Origin: Hemiscyllium ocellatum
Lineage: Eukaryota
NCBI RefSeq assembly: GCF_020745735.1
Contig: NC_083421.1
Location: forward strand, 51,823,001-51,887,000
Reading direction: 5' to 3'
DNA length: 64,000 nt
The position numbers and the translations under genes are program-made. Under the pieces are notes generated by a model, which searched no databases, was not told the DNA's origin, and worked only from the letters and a program-made list of their open reading frames with translations. Positions 62,730 to 64,000 of this stretch are shown piece by piece. Within the stretch, counting starts at the first letter, position 1, and the number at the start of each line of letters is the position of its first letter.

Positions 62730-63357
62730 ATTCATAGTTATAGAGATGTACAGCACAGAAACAGACCTGTCGGTCCAACCTGTCCATGCCGACCAGATAA
62801 CCCAACTCAATCTAGGCCCACCTGCCAGCAGCTGGCCCATATCCCTCCAAACCCTTCCTATTCATATACCCATCCAAATGCCTTTTAAATGTTGCAGTTG
62901 TACCAGCCTCCACCACCGCCTCTGATGGCTCATTCCATACACAAACCACCCTAAACATAAAAAAGTTGCCTCTTAGGTCTCTTTTATATCTTCCCCTCTC
63001 ACCCTAAACCTATGCCTTCTAGTTCTGGACTCTCCCACCCCAGGGAAATGACTTTGTCTATTTATTCTATCCATACCCCTCATGATTTTATTAAATCTCT
63101 ATAAGATCACCCCTCAGCCTCTGACACTCCAGGGAAAACAGCCCTAGCCTGTTCAGTATCTCCCTACAGCTCAAATCTTCCAACCCCTGCAACATCCTTG
63201 TAAGTTTTTTCGGAACCCTTTCAAGTTCCACAAAATCCTTCCGGTAGGAAGGAGACCAAAATTGCGCACAATATTTCAACAGTGGCCTGTACAGCTGCAA
63301 CATGACCTCCCAATTCCTGTACTCAATACTCTGACCAATTAAGGAAAGCATACCAAA
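62730..63357 (-). mobile_element. HER1/CR1 LINE 3' fragment
   Basis: ORF 63091..63369 YCAQFWSPSYRKD...RGDLIE; closely similar to 44172-44782. Confidence 0.92.
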
Positions 63358-63930
63358 AACCAAAAACAAACAAGACTCTCATCAACTTCCATAAAATCTA
63401 GTTTGTTGCCCATGGGATTCTATTTGTACCATTTTCAATGTTAAAAACAAATTATTTCAGATTCCTAGCATTGCAGTTAATACTCAACAAGTCAGGCAGC
63501 TTCTGTTTAACCAGGTTAAACATTTCAGGCTGATGACCTTCCCATCAGAAATATTAATTCTGTTTCTCTCTCTGCACAAAGGGTACCTTAACTGACCATT
63601 TCCTGTTTTTATTTGAATGTTTCAGGAAGGTCTTATAACTAAAGGAGGCAGATTCCCCATCTTCCTCAAGCTTTCTGCTCACTTAAACGAAACCTTAAAC
63701 TTCCAGTTTACAAATCAGACCATGATAAAAGAAATTAATTTTAACACAAAATTGAGTGTATTTGGACCAATACATTAAAGGGTAAAGCAAAATGGAAAAA
63801 AGACACTGTCCTTTGTCAGATTTTTGATTTCTCGTGGCTAAGTCTGCACGGTACTGCCTGTCCCTAATTGTCCTTGAACTTGCTAGGGGCATTTCAGGGG
63901 GCATTTACTTAGTGGTAAATCTCTACGTAG

Positions 63931-64000
63931 TCATGGAATCCCTACAGTGTGGAAGTAGGCTATTTGGCCCATCAAGTCCACACCCATCTTCCCACTCAGA
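63931..64000 (-). mobile_element. HE1-type SINE tail cut by window edge
   Basis: gaatccctacagtgtggaa...ggcccatcaagtccacac. Confidence 0.7.

Overview
Eukaryotic, repeat-rich vertebrate DNA. The HE1/V-SINE-type SINEs and HER1/CR1-type LINEs point to an elasmobranch (shark). One protein-coding gene is supported: stomatin (STOM, band 7/SPFH family) on the minus strand. Coding exons 2-7 are at 60431-60534, 58732-58804, 34940-35022, 34608-34811, 30986-31120 and 23788-23982; all have GT-AG boundaries, compatible phases and splice into one open frame. There is a candidate first coding exon at 61425-61458 and a probable ~3.4 kb 3' UTR ending near AATAAA at 20355-20360. The rest is decayed CR1-group LINEs, about 17 HE1-type SINEs, other SINE families, a solo LTR, low-complexity tracts and a Penelope-like (GIY-YIG) remnant. 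The most interesting signal is a set of 10 or more short Penelope-derived insertions carrying minimal hammerhead-ribozyme cores (CUGAUGA-A-stem II-GAAAC-GUC). Many are fold-back hairpins whose apex or end falls at the ribozyme, several have 11-16 bp target-site duplications, and at least three sub-families are present. Almost all ORFs in the supplied track are spurious (repeat or low-complexity derived). Repeat boundaries were read by eye and are approximate.
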